This document shows positions 50,385-62,810 of a stretch of 64,000 nt of DNA, in pieces (position 1 is the first letter of the stretch; each line of letters opens with the position of its first letter). Source of the stretch: Callorhinchus milii. Taxonomy: Eukaryota. The translations under genes were made by a program, and so were the position numbers. The DNA lies in the NCBI RefSeq assembly GCF_018977255.1, contig NW_024704753.1, positions 3,286,001 to 3,350,000 of the forward strand, given 5' to 3'. The notes under the pieces are model-generated. The model worked only from the letters and a program-made list of their open reading frames with translations. It ran no database searches and was not told the DNA's origin.

Positions 50385-50640
50385 TGACGAACGGCTTCCG
50401 TGAAAAGTCCGGCCACTGTTCCAAAGAAATCCAATCCTGTGCCACAAAACGAGAAATGGCTGACGGTCGGCGCTTCCGGGTCGACCGGTCGCTACCCAGG
50501 CCGCTTCCCGCCTGTCCTGCGCCTGCGCAGGAAGCGCCGCGGATGTCGCGGCGCACGCGCAGCAGTCGGTGCTCGTGGTTAACCTAGCGTCTGTCAAGTA
50601 CTCCGACACCGTCCTCCGCAGCCCGTATTCACCCCAATTG
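50385..50640. promoter_or_regulatory. CpG-island-like promoter candidate
   Basis: Dense CpG. NRF1-type TGCGCCTGCGCA (50518-50529) and GCGCACGCGCA (50551-50561), ETS CTTCCGG (50473-50479), E2F-like TTCCCGC (50505-50511), YY1-like AAATGGC (50454-50460). Confidence 0.6.
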
Positions 50641-51767
50641 AAAGACTTTACAGCAGCCTTTCGAACACCGGAAATCTTATGGTTAATAAACGATAGCTGG
50701 CTTCTCACTCCGAGGCTATTCGTTTTCTCTTTTATTGGTTGAGACCCAGCCGTTGAGCAAACAAATGGAAGTTCCGAGCGGCCTCAGTTTGCTGATCAAT
50801 GGGATACCAATGAATACAGTCATCCACAGTTACCGGCTTGTTTGGTTTTGACATGTTATTTGTGTCAAAAAGGTGCCCTTGTAGCTTGAGTACGGGCTTG
50901 ACACCAGCTGTAAAATAGGACTTCACTGCCTGTTATCTCGAAACATAACCCTGCTCCCACCTGCAAAAATGGATGGCAGAGCAGGAAGGAAGAGATGCAA
51001 TAAAGGATAACGATAAGGGATGTGAGAGAGAGTAAGAGAAAGAAAAGGTCAGGGAACGGAACAGTCATACATCGGCAATTTTTCAATCGGCATCTTAACG
51101 TTTGCCTACAAAGTGCACAGTCACTGCACTTGACAGTAAAATGCCGTGCAAGCTCTCTGGGACGCCGCCCCTCGCGAAGGGCGCGATGTAAATGCAAGTT
51201 GTTGTTGTTGTTGTTGTTGTCGAGATGCCTTTATGACACCTGAGGGCTCCCGTGTCAAGGCGCTCAGATCAGCGTTATTTTTCTTGGAAATGGGGAGCTG
51301 GGGGGAGGGGAGGGGTGTGTGCGGGGAGGGGGAGGGGAGGGGGCGAAGAGACGGGTTCACAATTCACGAAACAGAGCATTTAGCCATTTCTAAATCTGAA
51401 CCGCAGAAAGAGAGGCGCACCTGCTGTCTGTTGAAAGGTTAAACCTATTTGAGCTCGTTGTGTACGAGAAACCGGCAAAGGATGATGAAGCTGGGTGCTT
51501 GCCTGCGACCAGCAGTGAAGCGTGAATTAATTGACACTTAATAATCAGAGAGCTGCCCTGGTTGCTCTATCTTCACCACTTTAATCATCCAGATTTGCCT
51601 TTGTATTAACTGTGACAACACCAGTTGCGTTGCACCCTTCAGACCTCAAAGGAGGATTTTGATGCACTTATAAATTCACATTATCCTTTGCAATAAGGCG
51701 AGGTTTTGGCTTAATTCGGCAAGGTCACACAGGGGACTAATTCTGACTGAGATGGAATTGCATAGAC

Positions 51768-52079
51768 TAATAATAATAATCCTTGCTTTTGATACAGCGC
51801 CTCATCACGTCTTCGAGACGTCTCAAAGCGCTTCACGGGATACGCTGTAAAGTGAATTGGCTGTATATTTGTGGGCGAAACGCAGCAGCCAATTGCGCAC
51901 AGCAGCGTCCCCACAAACGGCCGTGGATTGAAGTGAGCAATTTTATTATTATTGTTTTTCTTCTTGAGGGATTATTATCAGGCGTGTGGAGTAAGGAAGC
52001 TTGCCCAAGGTTTCGCCCTGACCTGCCGGGGAATTGAGCCCAGGTCTCTCACTGGCGAGGCGAGTGCTCTAACCGCTGA
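51768..52079 (-). mobile_element. Type I-like SINE, near full length, diverged
   Basis: Tail, body and head. Confidence 0.9.
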
Positions 52080-54084
52080 TTTTTATTATTATTTTTGAAG
52101 GGATTATAACCCCCAGAAAAGCAATCCACTCCCTGATAAAAAAATGTTACAGCATGGCGACAGGCCATTCAACCCAACCAGTCCTTGCCGGTGTTTATTC
52201 TCCACACAAGTCTCACGCGGTTCCTCTCTCCTATAAACAATTAGTTTAACAAGACCCCAATGTTATCCAATTCCCAGCACAGCCAAGTCTCTTGTTTTCG
52301 TCCTCTCAAAGAGAATCTCTTTGCCGAGATGTACTGGGATTCGTCTTGAATACACTTCTATAGATGTTAAGGTACACAATCCAATCCTGTCACCCATTAG
52401 ATTGTCAGCAAGACATCAGATGGAGGTAGTTTCGAAAGAGATTGGTGACCCCAATTTGTCTCAAGATTGCACGGAATTGTAGATTGGGACTGAATGGAGG
52501 GCTCTTTCAGGGACCAAGCATGATGGGCTGAATGGCCTCCTTCTGAGGGGTGAAACTCCATCCTTTTCTATCCTATCCAGGGAACATCCTGTGGCTGTCG
52601 CTGCTCACTGGGGAAGCCCTGAATATTGTCACTGTGATGTCCTGCTGATTCATCTCCAATAGCAACAGAAAAGTGTCCCACGCTGAGCTCTAACCATGCA
52701 CATCGCGGCAAAGATGGGGCAGTGATAACTCGCGTGCCCCTGAGGCAAGATATGGCAATAATTCCTCCCCCTTGTCTCTCCGCCCATCCATCCACACGGT
52801 AAAGAGCAAACAATTCTCGCAAACATTTATTCAACGGAGAAAAAAAAGGGGAGAATTGAAGCGATGAATTTAAAATATCTAAGAATGATTGCACTCTGCT
52901 CTATGTCCCATCTGCCACACATCTTGTTGAACGCTGTGTTTGTGTGATGATTGAGAGTCACTTATTGTCAGTGTGCTTCAAGGCCCGCTTCCTTGGAACA
53001 TCGTACAAATATCTTAAATAAATAGTCTTTAATCTGTTAGGTACTTTACCCCTTCGCAATGCATCATCCTGCAGAGCGCTTTGAGACATTCCACCCCAAA
53101 ATGAAAGGCGCTGTATCAAATGCAAGGATTGTTATATTATTTTGATTTCAGCTGTTTAGACTGGCATTTGGGAACATGGTAATCACCATCTGGACCTGCA
53201 AGGGGAGGTGGTTTGGGATGAGCTCATTTTTCAAACGTGATTAAACTCTTAAAGAATACATTCGGTTAAGCTACATCAAATTAAAAGCCTCAGTAACACC
53301 CAATGTAATGTCAGCTCAAAGCTCGTACTTTCACAGAAACGTTATGTGTCCAAAGACCGTGTTGGAGCTGAGGGCAAACTGTGGACACAAATACCGAGTC
53401 TAGTAAGATCCCAGCACCATCTGCCCAAGCTTCTAAGAATCCGTGTGTGACTTGATGACGTTTTTTTACAGTGCATTCATTTGGAGATGTTCACGGCCTC
53501 AGAAATTTGTGGGCGGAAACTTTGGATGTTTCATGAATGTGCTGATCGCACATTTCTCACTGAGAAACCCATGAAGGAATAGCGCAAAATAGATCCTACC
53601 ACATTGTGCTTCTCGGGCCACACAGTTTAAGAGCGTCAGAATTGGCCATGCAGCAGGTCTTGTACTGTACCTAACCCTAAGTCCAGTAATGTACTTAGGT
53701 GGTGTGAGCATCAGGTTATGTTCTGTTTTGTACCATCCGTCCCCACTTCCAAATCCCGCCCAAAAAGACCTTCCTTTTTAATCGTGCTTACAGTCACCTC
53801 CCGCCTCCCTCTCCCCCTGGCTTGGTGTCGGACTCCGCCGCTGTCAAGTGCTCTGGGACGCTATATACATGCAAGTTGTTGTTGTCGTTGTCAAAGGTAA
53901 TGAAGCATCTGAGGTTAGCTGAGCATTGAAGGGTTCTGCGGAACACTGTGATGATGTGGCTGACTGCTGTATGTTATTTTATTCCAATGGCGTGACCCAG
54001 TCATGCGTACATAAAAAGCACCTGTTGACTACAACACAAAACAGTGGGCCCAGAAGTCATCTGTTAACAGCATCGCAAGATCAG

Positions 54085-54315
54085 CGTGGATGAAGAAACT
54101 CTTCGGCTCATCTGATCTCATCCCTCCAGATCACCCACTGTCCACCATCTTCCCATCACAGCATCTTTAAGTGAGTCCCAGCTTTCCCGGCCTCAACCAC
54201 CCTTCCTGGCCACCTGCTCCAGTCGTTAATTACCCGCTAGATAAACAAAAGCACCCCGGGTGTCTGTCCTGAAATTGCCCTTCGCAATTCTAAACATGTG
54301 CCCTCTTGTTCCTGT
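54085..54315 (-). mobile_element. Old CR1 3' fragment
   Basis: cctcaaccacccttcctggc...ccagtcgttaattacc...tgccctcttgt. Similar to 46010-46190. Confidence 0.65.
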
Positions 54316-55578
54316 CTTGTACTGTTACAATACAGTGCAGTTTACATTTAGATCGCACGTCGTGAGGACTTTTCAAAGAGCTTCCCTTCAGAACCTCGAC
54401 CACCCACTGGTTGCCAGATTCAGGTTTCAGCCTCTTATCCATCTTAAAACATCGCTAGTGTATGGAGCAGGCATCAGCGTCCTGTTACCGTTGTGATCAA
54501 TGGCGCTGCTCAACTCATTTGTGCCAATTCTGCATTTTCTTTCACAGAAATCTGCAGGTAAGCAGTCCCTGAAGTGCACAGAAACTCAGTGGATTTTAAT
54601 CAACTCAGCCGCGCTTCAATTTCCGGCTCAGTCTAATGAGGTCTATTAGGATTTTCGGCTGGTTTGGAAAAACAATTTTCCTGAGCGCTGCTTTTGTAGC
54701 AATCGAGCTGTCCTCCACTGTGCAAATTGTCGTGCGTGCGTGCGAGCGAGCGAGCGAGTCATCGAGTGGGCGGACCACTTTTCTGTGGTGGTGCTGGTGG
54801 TGGTGGTGTGGGGGGGGGGGGGGGTTGCGGGGGATTTAACTCGCTGTTCAGCAGAAAGTTTTGATTGTAAGGCAAGTTGGGTAGTACACGGATTCCTGCA
54901 GCTGCACCCAGTGTTTTTTTTTTGTTGAGCGTGTTGTTTGACTTTCGTGTTTGTTGTTCCGAACAGGGAAGCAGGGAATATGGAGACCCCACCTGGAACG
55001 ATTGATTTCCCTTGCTCCCGCTGTGTGTGTGTGCGTGTGTGTTTTCATTGTTGGCACTGTGCAAGGCTAAGATGAGCGTTTTTTTTTAAGATGAGCTGCC
55101 AATTTAAAGTGTTTTGCGAAGCTTCGGGAATGAAGCAAACAGCTGCAGCCATGTGTGTTTTCCTTTGTTTGAAAAAAAAATAGCCGCTCGCAGAGGAGGA
55201 AGATAAGCCGAAAGATATTCAAGCGGGTGGAGAGATAAAGTTGTAAAGCTGGTTGACTTTGCTCCTCTGGACGTCCTTGTGAACTCCGTTGCTTATCGTA
55301 CTCTGAGGTTTATTTCTCGCGCGAAGAGTGTTGGAGGATTTCAAGTGGGAAGGGGGGGCGGCTGTGGGTAACAGAGTCCTGGCTTGTTCAGCAGCAAGGG
55401 TGGGATCAGTCTGGGCTGTGAGATGTGCGTGCGCGATCCGTCAAGCGCTCGGAGACGCCGTCTGGCGTGAAAGGCGTTGTATAAATGCAAGTTGTTGTTG
55501 TGGGGTCTGGACTGTTGTGACGTGGGTGCCACCGTTTCCGTGTGAAGCTGATTGTTGGAGTGGTCTCTGACAACTTTT

Positions 55579-55802
55579 CTGTGTGTGTGTGTGTGTGTGT
55601 GTGTCTACTTGTTTATTTGTATGTGTGTGTCTGTTGTGTGTGTTGTGTGTGTTTGTTGTGTGTGTAGTGTGTCGAGTGTGTGTATGTGTGTGTGTATGTG
55701 TGGTGCGCGTGTGTGTTGTGTGTGTTTGTTCTGCGTGTGTGTAGTGTGTGTGCATGTATGTTTGTGGTGTGTGCGTGTGTGTTTGTTGCGCGTGTGTGCG
55801 TG
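55579..55802. repeat. Degenerate (TG)n microsatellite
   Basis: About 220 nt of interrupted TG repeats. Confidence 0.92.
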
Positions 55803-56029
55803 AGGCGGAGGGCAAATGAAGAAATTTGCCACAACGGGAATTCTCTCCTTTATAAGAAACTTAGCAGCAGTTACACTGCCACGAAAAATGTTCTCTGCGG
55901 TAAACGTACTATTTTAAAACATTAAGCAGATGGCGGCTCTGGGTTGACATATGCCAATTGCGGAATCTTAATGCACTGTTCAAAATCAGAGAGTCATCCT
56001 GGAAGTGAAAGCCCGTCTGTCTGGTAAAT

Positions 56030-56300
56030 TTGGCCGGCGATGACCTTCTTAAAGGTTCTGGCTTCACGTCTCCTCTCCAGATCAGACAAACTTCGCGAAC
56101 TGTTGTGATCCCCCTTCGCCTCGCCTCCCCCCTTCCCTCCTTCAACGCCCATCTTGAGACCTTCCTCTGCGATCGTGCCTTCGCTCAACCCCCAGCTCGG
56201 GCGCAAATCCCCTCGACTGTCCGACGCCTTAGGATGTCCTCGTGATGTGAAAGGCACTGTATAAATGTCATTTGCTGCTGTCGTTGTCGTCGTTGTTGAC
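56030..56300 (+). mobile_element. L2 LINE 3' fragment
   Basis: LRLASPLPSFNAHLETFLCDRAF plus a tail ending in (TTG/TCG)n. Confidence 0.75.
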
Positions 56301-56329
56301 GCATCCAAGTCCCAGTTATATTAGTAAAA

Positions 56330-56524
56330 TCGACAATACTTGCATTTGATCCAGGGCCTTTCACTTTGAGAGGCCGCTTCACAGAATATACCGTAAAGCG
56401 CAGTGACTGTGTGTTTGGTAAGCGAGCGAGTGCGGCAGCTGATTTACACACGGTGACGTCCCACAAACAGCCGTGACGCGAATGACCGATTTGATCTGGG
56501 GGCGTGTTGGCCAGGACACCGGTG

Positions 56525-56555
<31 letters not shown>

Positions 56556-56600
56556 GAAAATCCTTTTCAAATAATGCCACGGATTCTTTAACGTCCAGTG
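56330..56600 (-). mobile_element. Deu-domain SINE fragment
   Basis: Tail...cccacaaacagcc...tggccaggacaccgg...atgccacggattctttaacgtcca. Confidence 0.7.
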
Positions 56601-58329
56601 AAAAGATATTGAAAGCTGGCGGTGAGAGTGCTTTGTGAAGTCACTCAAACAACAACAACAACAACAGCAACAACAAGATGGCATCTCCGAAAATGCAGCG
56701 CACCCTCCAGCACTGCATTACAGTTTCAAGCTTCGAACCTCATTCATCATTTATTTCGGTGTTGAAAGGCCGGTTGTGCTGTGGATGGGGAGTGGGGGAG
56801 AGGAAGAGAGGGGGAGAGCGAGGTGGGGTGCAAAAAAACACTGCCCCCTTTTCACAGCGTTTGAGCATTTTGCCAGTGACATTGCCGGATTCTTTTTGAC
56901 GATTGTTTTTTTCCGTCCTCTCCAATCTCGTCGCAAGAGGAACGGCTCCACAGCAGAAATTAGATCTCATCTCTGGAGTGCGTTACTCTAGGGATTCAGT
57001 TACACAGAGTCTGTCTCCCAGTGCCAAGTGTGGCATTTGAGTGAGTGTAGAACACACACTCATCGCTAGCTATAAATATGTACCCCCTCCAACCCAATAC
57101 AACAACACAGCACAATTTGATCTGGTCCCTGCTTCTCATTACAACACTTATTCAGCCCAGCATTTGCTTGAGAACTCGAGAGCATCTCCTGCGAGCTCTG
57201 CAGAGAATTATTGCCTTTGCCACTGAATGCCGTCCCCATATCCTAGCACGATATTAATTGGCATGGCTTTTATCTTCCCTGTTTTTTTGTGAATGATTCA
57301 ATTAAACTGGCAATTCAATCAGCGCAAAATGTAATGAGGAACGTAATAGTTCAATATAGATAACATTATCTGTCAGGAAATCTAAGAGCTTTTTATAATT
57401 GAAACTGGAATGCAAACACTCCCGGTTTGCAAGATTAGAAACTATTAACTAAATGCAAATTCCAGTGGTAATGTATGACTGGAAAGGAAATGAAAAGCTG
57501 GAAAGAAGTGAGCCCCAGAGATTGTGACTACTGCGCTGCAGAATGCCAGTTATTTTGAACAAAGCAGAAGAATCCGAGATCTGTAGTGTGCAGCGTGATA
57601 ATGCAAATCAAATTTACATTTTATTACAGTTCAATAAGAAGCAATTAATGACGCGGAACTAACATCAACAAGGACCAATGACTTTTGAGTTGGGATATAA
57701 TAACAATACTCCTTCCATTTGTTACAGAGCCTTTCCCGTAAATGCTCCGAGATGCCGTCTGGCATGAAGAGCGCTATATAAACGCAAGTTGTTGTTGTCG
57801 ACGGGGGAAATGTCTCAAAGCGCTTCACAGGATGTAATGCAAAGAGTAGTGACTGTGTATTTTATAGGCAAACGAGGCAGTGAGAAAAAAGAAGAGGGGA
57901 AAGGGATTCGGGTGGAAACAGTTGTACCGAGAAATTTTAGTGGAGCTTTTAAGTCCTCAGCGATATTTCATTTTGACAGGGAGATGAATTCATTCATTTC
58001 ACACAGTTCTCAATGGAACTGAAATGCGTATATGCAATAACAATGAAAGCTTAAGTGAAATACAAGGAAGCAATGGTTAGGACTGGACTGCATTATTGTT
58101 TGACAAACGAGACTTAACGATTACTCCTCTCTGCACCGAGCAATCCAGGACACCACGTAGATAGTCCAGACTCATTTTCGACACTTGTAAGATGCTTTCA
58201 AAGTCTGCGGGGAAAAAATTATCTTCAGAAAATAAGTGAATACATTTAAGCTTTCTACCTGTATCTCTTTCCCCAAGTCATGAATGTGTATTGCAGGATA
58301 ACAAAGTAGCACCGGGTGTGTGACTGTAA

Positions 58330-58575
58330 ACACGGTCAGAGAGGAAGGTGACCTGAAGATGGGACAGGAAAGGGACAAGTCGGAGGGATAGAGGGAGAGT
58401 GTTCTAGAGTTTTGGGACTTAGAGGCTTGAAAGTGTGGCCCCCAATGGTGGCTCAGAGGGTTATGGGGAGAAAGCTGGTGATTGGGGTTAGTGAAAGTGA
58501 CTTGCTCTGTCAAAGAGCCGGCACAGACTCGATGGGCCGAACGGCCTCCTTCTGTGCCATAACATTCGATGACAA
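58330..58575. mobile_element. L2 fragment (-) followed by a CR1 tail (+)
   Basis: gaggaaggtgacctgaagatgg...ttctagagttt, then gatgggccgaacggcctccttctgtg. Confidence 0.7.
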
Positions 58576-58929
58576 AAAAATCTATGAATGGAGGCGACCG
58601 GTAGTGGGATTGGAGAAAAAGCAGGTCGGAGAGCTAGGGAAGTGTCAGGGCATGAAGGGATTTGAAGACCTCTTTGATGGGCAGTGAATCCGGTAATGCA
58701 GTGAATCCAATTAAAATTAACATTGTCTTTAAGTAGTTTGTTCCTCAGTGTCACACGCCCTTCCTCACTCACCCCACCCACCCCACCCCACCTCCGAACT
58801 TCTGGGTGTTTCAAGAAAAGCTCGTGGCTTGGGGCTGCAGTGCTCAAAATTAAAACGAGAGAGAGTTCATCTTTAAGCTGGTGGGGCTGTCAGACAAAGC
58901 CAGGGTCTGATGTTATCAGTATTGTTATC

Positions 58930-59150
58930 AGATTACTTTTCCGGGGGTAATAATCTGTTCAAAAAAAGTCATGATTTGGTCACACAATCCACGACTGTTT
59001 GTGGGACGCGGCTGTGCGCAATTGGCTGCCCCATTTCGCCCACAGATATACGGTCAATTCACTTTACACTATATTCTGTGAAGCGCTTTGAGACGTCTCG
59101 AAGACACGATTAAGGCGCTGTATCAAAGGCAAGGATTAATATTATTATTA
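58930..59150 (+). mobile_element. SINE 3' half
   Basis: Family body and tail. Confidence 0.88.
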
Positions 59151-59924
59151 CAAATGTCCAGAAACTGCGACAGAAGCTGGTCTAAAACAGCAAGTTCCCA
59201 TCTGTCCTTGGTGCTTAATTTTAACAATAATTTTAATTGTAATGTAATTTACTTTATCATTTTAAAAGTAATTTTAAAATAACTTACAGTGTACTCTGTG
59301 AAGCCCTTTGAGACGTTTCAATGACCTGATCAGGCACTGTATCAAATGCAAGAATTATTATTAGTATTCATAGTAATTGAACCCATTTTTCATATCTTCT
59401 ATCGGATGTTTTATTGTTTCTTTCTGATCTCGTCTCAAGCGGGAACTAAGATGATCCATAGCTGCTTAGCGGCTGTATTGACTGACAGTGAAAGATTATA
59501 CCGACAAGACATGGGTCAGTTTGAAGGGAAAAAAAAGGGATTTCTCTTGGAAAGAGAAACAAATCAAGAGCTGGCAATTCTCCCTACCTGAGTAAGCAAA
59601 TGGAATCGCACTTTCATTGAAATCTATGTTCCAGTGCTGCGCAAATTCACGGTACAATGAAAAAGCCTTGAAGATCTGGTATGGCAATGAGTATTGGGAT
59701 TGATACAGGATTTGTTCGCTGTTGTTTTGGGCTTTACTTATGTTCAGCTGCTGGTACCTCTGCCTGTGAGATAGAGACTCACCCCGAGACCTGAGCTGTT
59801 AAACTTGGCTGCCACTTCCACACAACCCACCACCTCAAGCGCTTTGAGACCTTTCAGCGCGATAAGGCACTGAACCAAATTCAAGTATTATTTATTATTC
59901 CAATGCTGCTAATCTTGGCATTTG

Positions 59925-60110
59925 ATTCAAGACTGAGATTGATAGGTTTCTAAAGGATAGAGGGAATAAGGGATATGGGGATAAGGCGGGCAGATGGAGT
60001 TAGGTTAGAAGATCAGCCATGATCTTATTGAATGGTGGGGCAGGCTCGAGGGGCCGAATGGCCTACTCTTGCTCCTAATTTCTATATTCCCATGTTCTTA
60101 TGTTCCTATG
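59925..60110 (+). mobile_element. CR1 LINE 3' end (third tail type)
   Basis: ttcaagactgagattgataggtttct...gatcagccatgatcttattgaatgg...ggccgaatggcctactc...ttcttatgttcctatg. Confidence 0.85.
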
Positions 60111-60339
60111 ATATAGCACCCATAACATCTTGAAAGGCTTCACAAGTTTTTTCTTTAAAGTGCAGTGACTGTGTATTTGTAGGCACATGAGGCCGGCAAT
60201 TTACACACAGCAATGTGCCACACACAGCCGCAAAGAAAGGATTTGTTGGCCTGGATACTGGGAGAAACTTCCCTGTCGTTCAGGTTTGATGGGCCGAAGG
60301 GCCTCCTTCTGGGTTGAAGATTTGTATGCCTCTTTTTTG

Positions 60340-60470
60340 AAATAGAGATACGGGATCGTGGTTTAACACCTCGTCCAAATGACGTCGCCTCCAACAGAGC
60401 AGCTCTGTCTCCCCAGTGCTGTGCTGGAGTGCTGCGCTGGCGGTGAGATCAAAGTTCTGATTAGTTGAAG
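60340..60470 (-). mobile_element. Deu-domain SINE 5' fragment
   Basis: ggtttaacacctcgtccaaatgacgtcgcctccaaca...ccccagtgctgtgctggagtg. Confidence 0.65.
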
Positions 60471-62459
60471 CTTCATTCATTTTTGCGGTACATTAAAACT
60501 TTATACAAATAATGTAAATCTCCCAATTAAAATCAGTCGTTGACTCGGTACCTGTTCGTAGGAAGTTACTGTGTGCAAACTGGCTACTTCATTTGCCCAG
60601 AAAAACGCAGTCACTGCATTTTACAGGTCATCCTGTGAAGCGCTTTGGGACGCTTTGTTTCAATGGATTGATCAGAAAAATAATAATAAGCATCAAGGAT
60701 TTCTTTAGCTGAAGAAAACAAAGTTATTCATTTCCGCAGTGAATCATCGAGGTTATAAAACATGCACAGCTACAGTGCGTGCAGAGGCATCAGAATATAC
60801 TCGGGATGCTTACAAGGCTTGGTGTGAAAAGGAGCACAGGTTCAAGAAACTCTTTAAGTCTTCAGGGCTGCGATTCAGAGTGCAGGATTTGTATACACAT
60901 ATGCTGGCACTGCCACTTGACACTGCCCTCCATCAATCACTGAGCCATCGACCAGAGACAAAACCCCACTGCAAATTAAACCTTGCATTTCGAGCAATTG
61001 GTATTCCCGCCAAATACAGCAATTCAGTTGAAAAACGGATAATGTTTAGGATCCATTTTTTTACCCCGAGGATAAGCATCTTTAATTAGAGCCAGTTCCA
61101 CATTGAAAGAATACGTTGTAATCTAGATCGGTCATGGCGCACACGGCTTCAGTCACGCGACTCACTTAAAGGAGCGAGCGTTTCAATCCGTGTTTAATCT
61201 CGGGTGCAGTAGTTTACAAACCCACTTTGTGAAACGCCGATACTCTTTTCCTGGCTGACCTGTGTTTTGCAGGAGTGAAAATAAGCACGTTGTTTTGCTT
61301 TAATCGTAATCGAGAGCAAGAGTCTTGCTGATAGTGCATCTCCCTCGATGTCAGACTGTGTGATATTCGCAGGTTAAACTTGAGGAGTTAGCACAACACA
61401 CACTCTGTGATCCTCAGTCTTGTCTCAGGCCAAACCAAACCTGTGCCAAATCCACTCTGGCGTTGGGTAAGCTACGTGCGTCCTTCCAGGAAGAGCGTGT
61501 TCGTTTCCATTCTAGACACGGGGATTTTCCATGTGTAGGTGGCAAACATATGTGGAACTGTCAGTCTGCTTTGGATGCTCTATAACATGACGCATGTGCG
61601 TTCCTGCACGTGAGAGACACACGACCGACTCATCCCAAATTCCGTTCGACCTTAAGCCATGGTGGGGTGGGGGTGGTGGGGGCTGCGGTGGAGGGGACGG
61701 CGGGTAAGAATGCCGCCAGCTGGACAGAGGTGTCGCCCTCAAGCCAAACTGTACATTTGGTAACAAACCACTCAGAACAAATAATCGTCGAAACGAAGAT
61801 GCGGCATCGCTCAATGTAGGATCCGTGTGCTTTCTCTTTCATCCGAAGAATAGCCAGCACCACCAGCAAACTAAGCCTTTTTCTTGTCGAGTGAGTTTGC
61901 AGCCAATGTAATTTGTGCCAGAACGAATTACCCCGTACATCCCTCTCAGATGTATTTCTTATGCAAGAGGAAATCTAAAGGAAAGGTCCCTTTATGAATA
62001 CTTCCGTTGCCATTTTTTGCCCTCTGTGAGGCCTCAGAAGGTAATATTTATTGCTTTAAACTTTTACTGTTGTCATCATTACTATTTGCCCCCGATATGA
62101 AGGCATGCTGGCACACGCCGGGCATATCAATGAGGATTTAATTACATTCCGGTGGCATTTTGGGACTGGGGAGCAAACCGCTCGCTGATCACAGGAGGCG
62201 AGAACACAAGCAAAGCGGTGAGATTGATTCGGGAGAGTGAAAGGATTGAGTTCGCAGCCTTTCATCTCTTTTCATCAAATCAGAAGGGGATTTAGGAGAT
62301 GCTGATGCAGTTTAATGGATTAGAGGTGAGCCGTATGAACAGATTTCTTTTTTTTTGCTTTTTACCAATTTTCTGCCCTCTTCTCCTCTTCCACCAACAG
62401 TCAACAGGGAGTCCACAGGGAGGTTCAAGACTCTGTAAAGCCAAAAGAACTTGCAATAA

Positions 62460-62810
62460 TCCTGTAGCTCAGTGGTTAGAGCGCTCGCCTCACGAGCGGC
62501 AGGACCTGGGTTTGATCCCCGGGCAGGGCGAAGCGGTGGGCAAGTTTCCTTACTCCACACGCCTCTGTTTACCGAGCAGTAAGTAGGAACCCGGTTGTTA
62601 GTCGATATTTTTTAAAAGTTACAATTTGATCACTCATTCCACGACTGTTTGTGGGACACTGCTGTGTGCAATTGGCTCCCGCGTTTCGCCACAAAATGTA
62701 CAGTCAATTCACTGTACAGTATATTCTGTAAAGCGCCTTGAGACATTTCGAAGACGTGATTAGCGCCTTATCAAATGCAAGGATTATTATTAGATTATTA
62801 TTATTATAAT
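62460..62810 (+). mobile_element. Type II SINE, near full length
   Basis: Head, long central block, body and (TTA)n tail. Confidence 0.9.

Noticed and set aside
9341-55925. Low-complexity ORFs (SLSL..., THTH..., CVCV...)
   Set aside because: These are translations of GA and TG microsatellites.
61915-62100. 'ARGNL' motif as a possible contactin Ig1 exon
   Set aside because: The surrounding sequence does not match the Ig1 pattern and there are no suitable splice sites.
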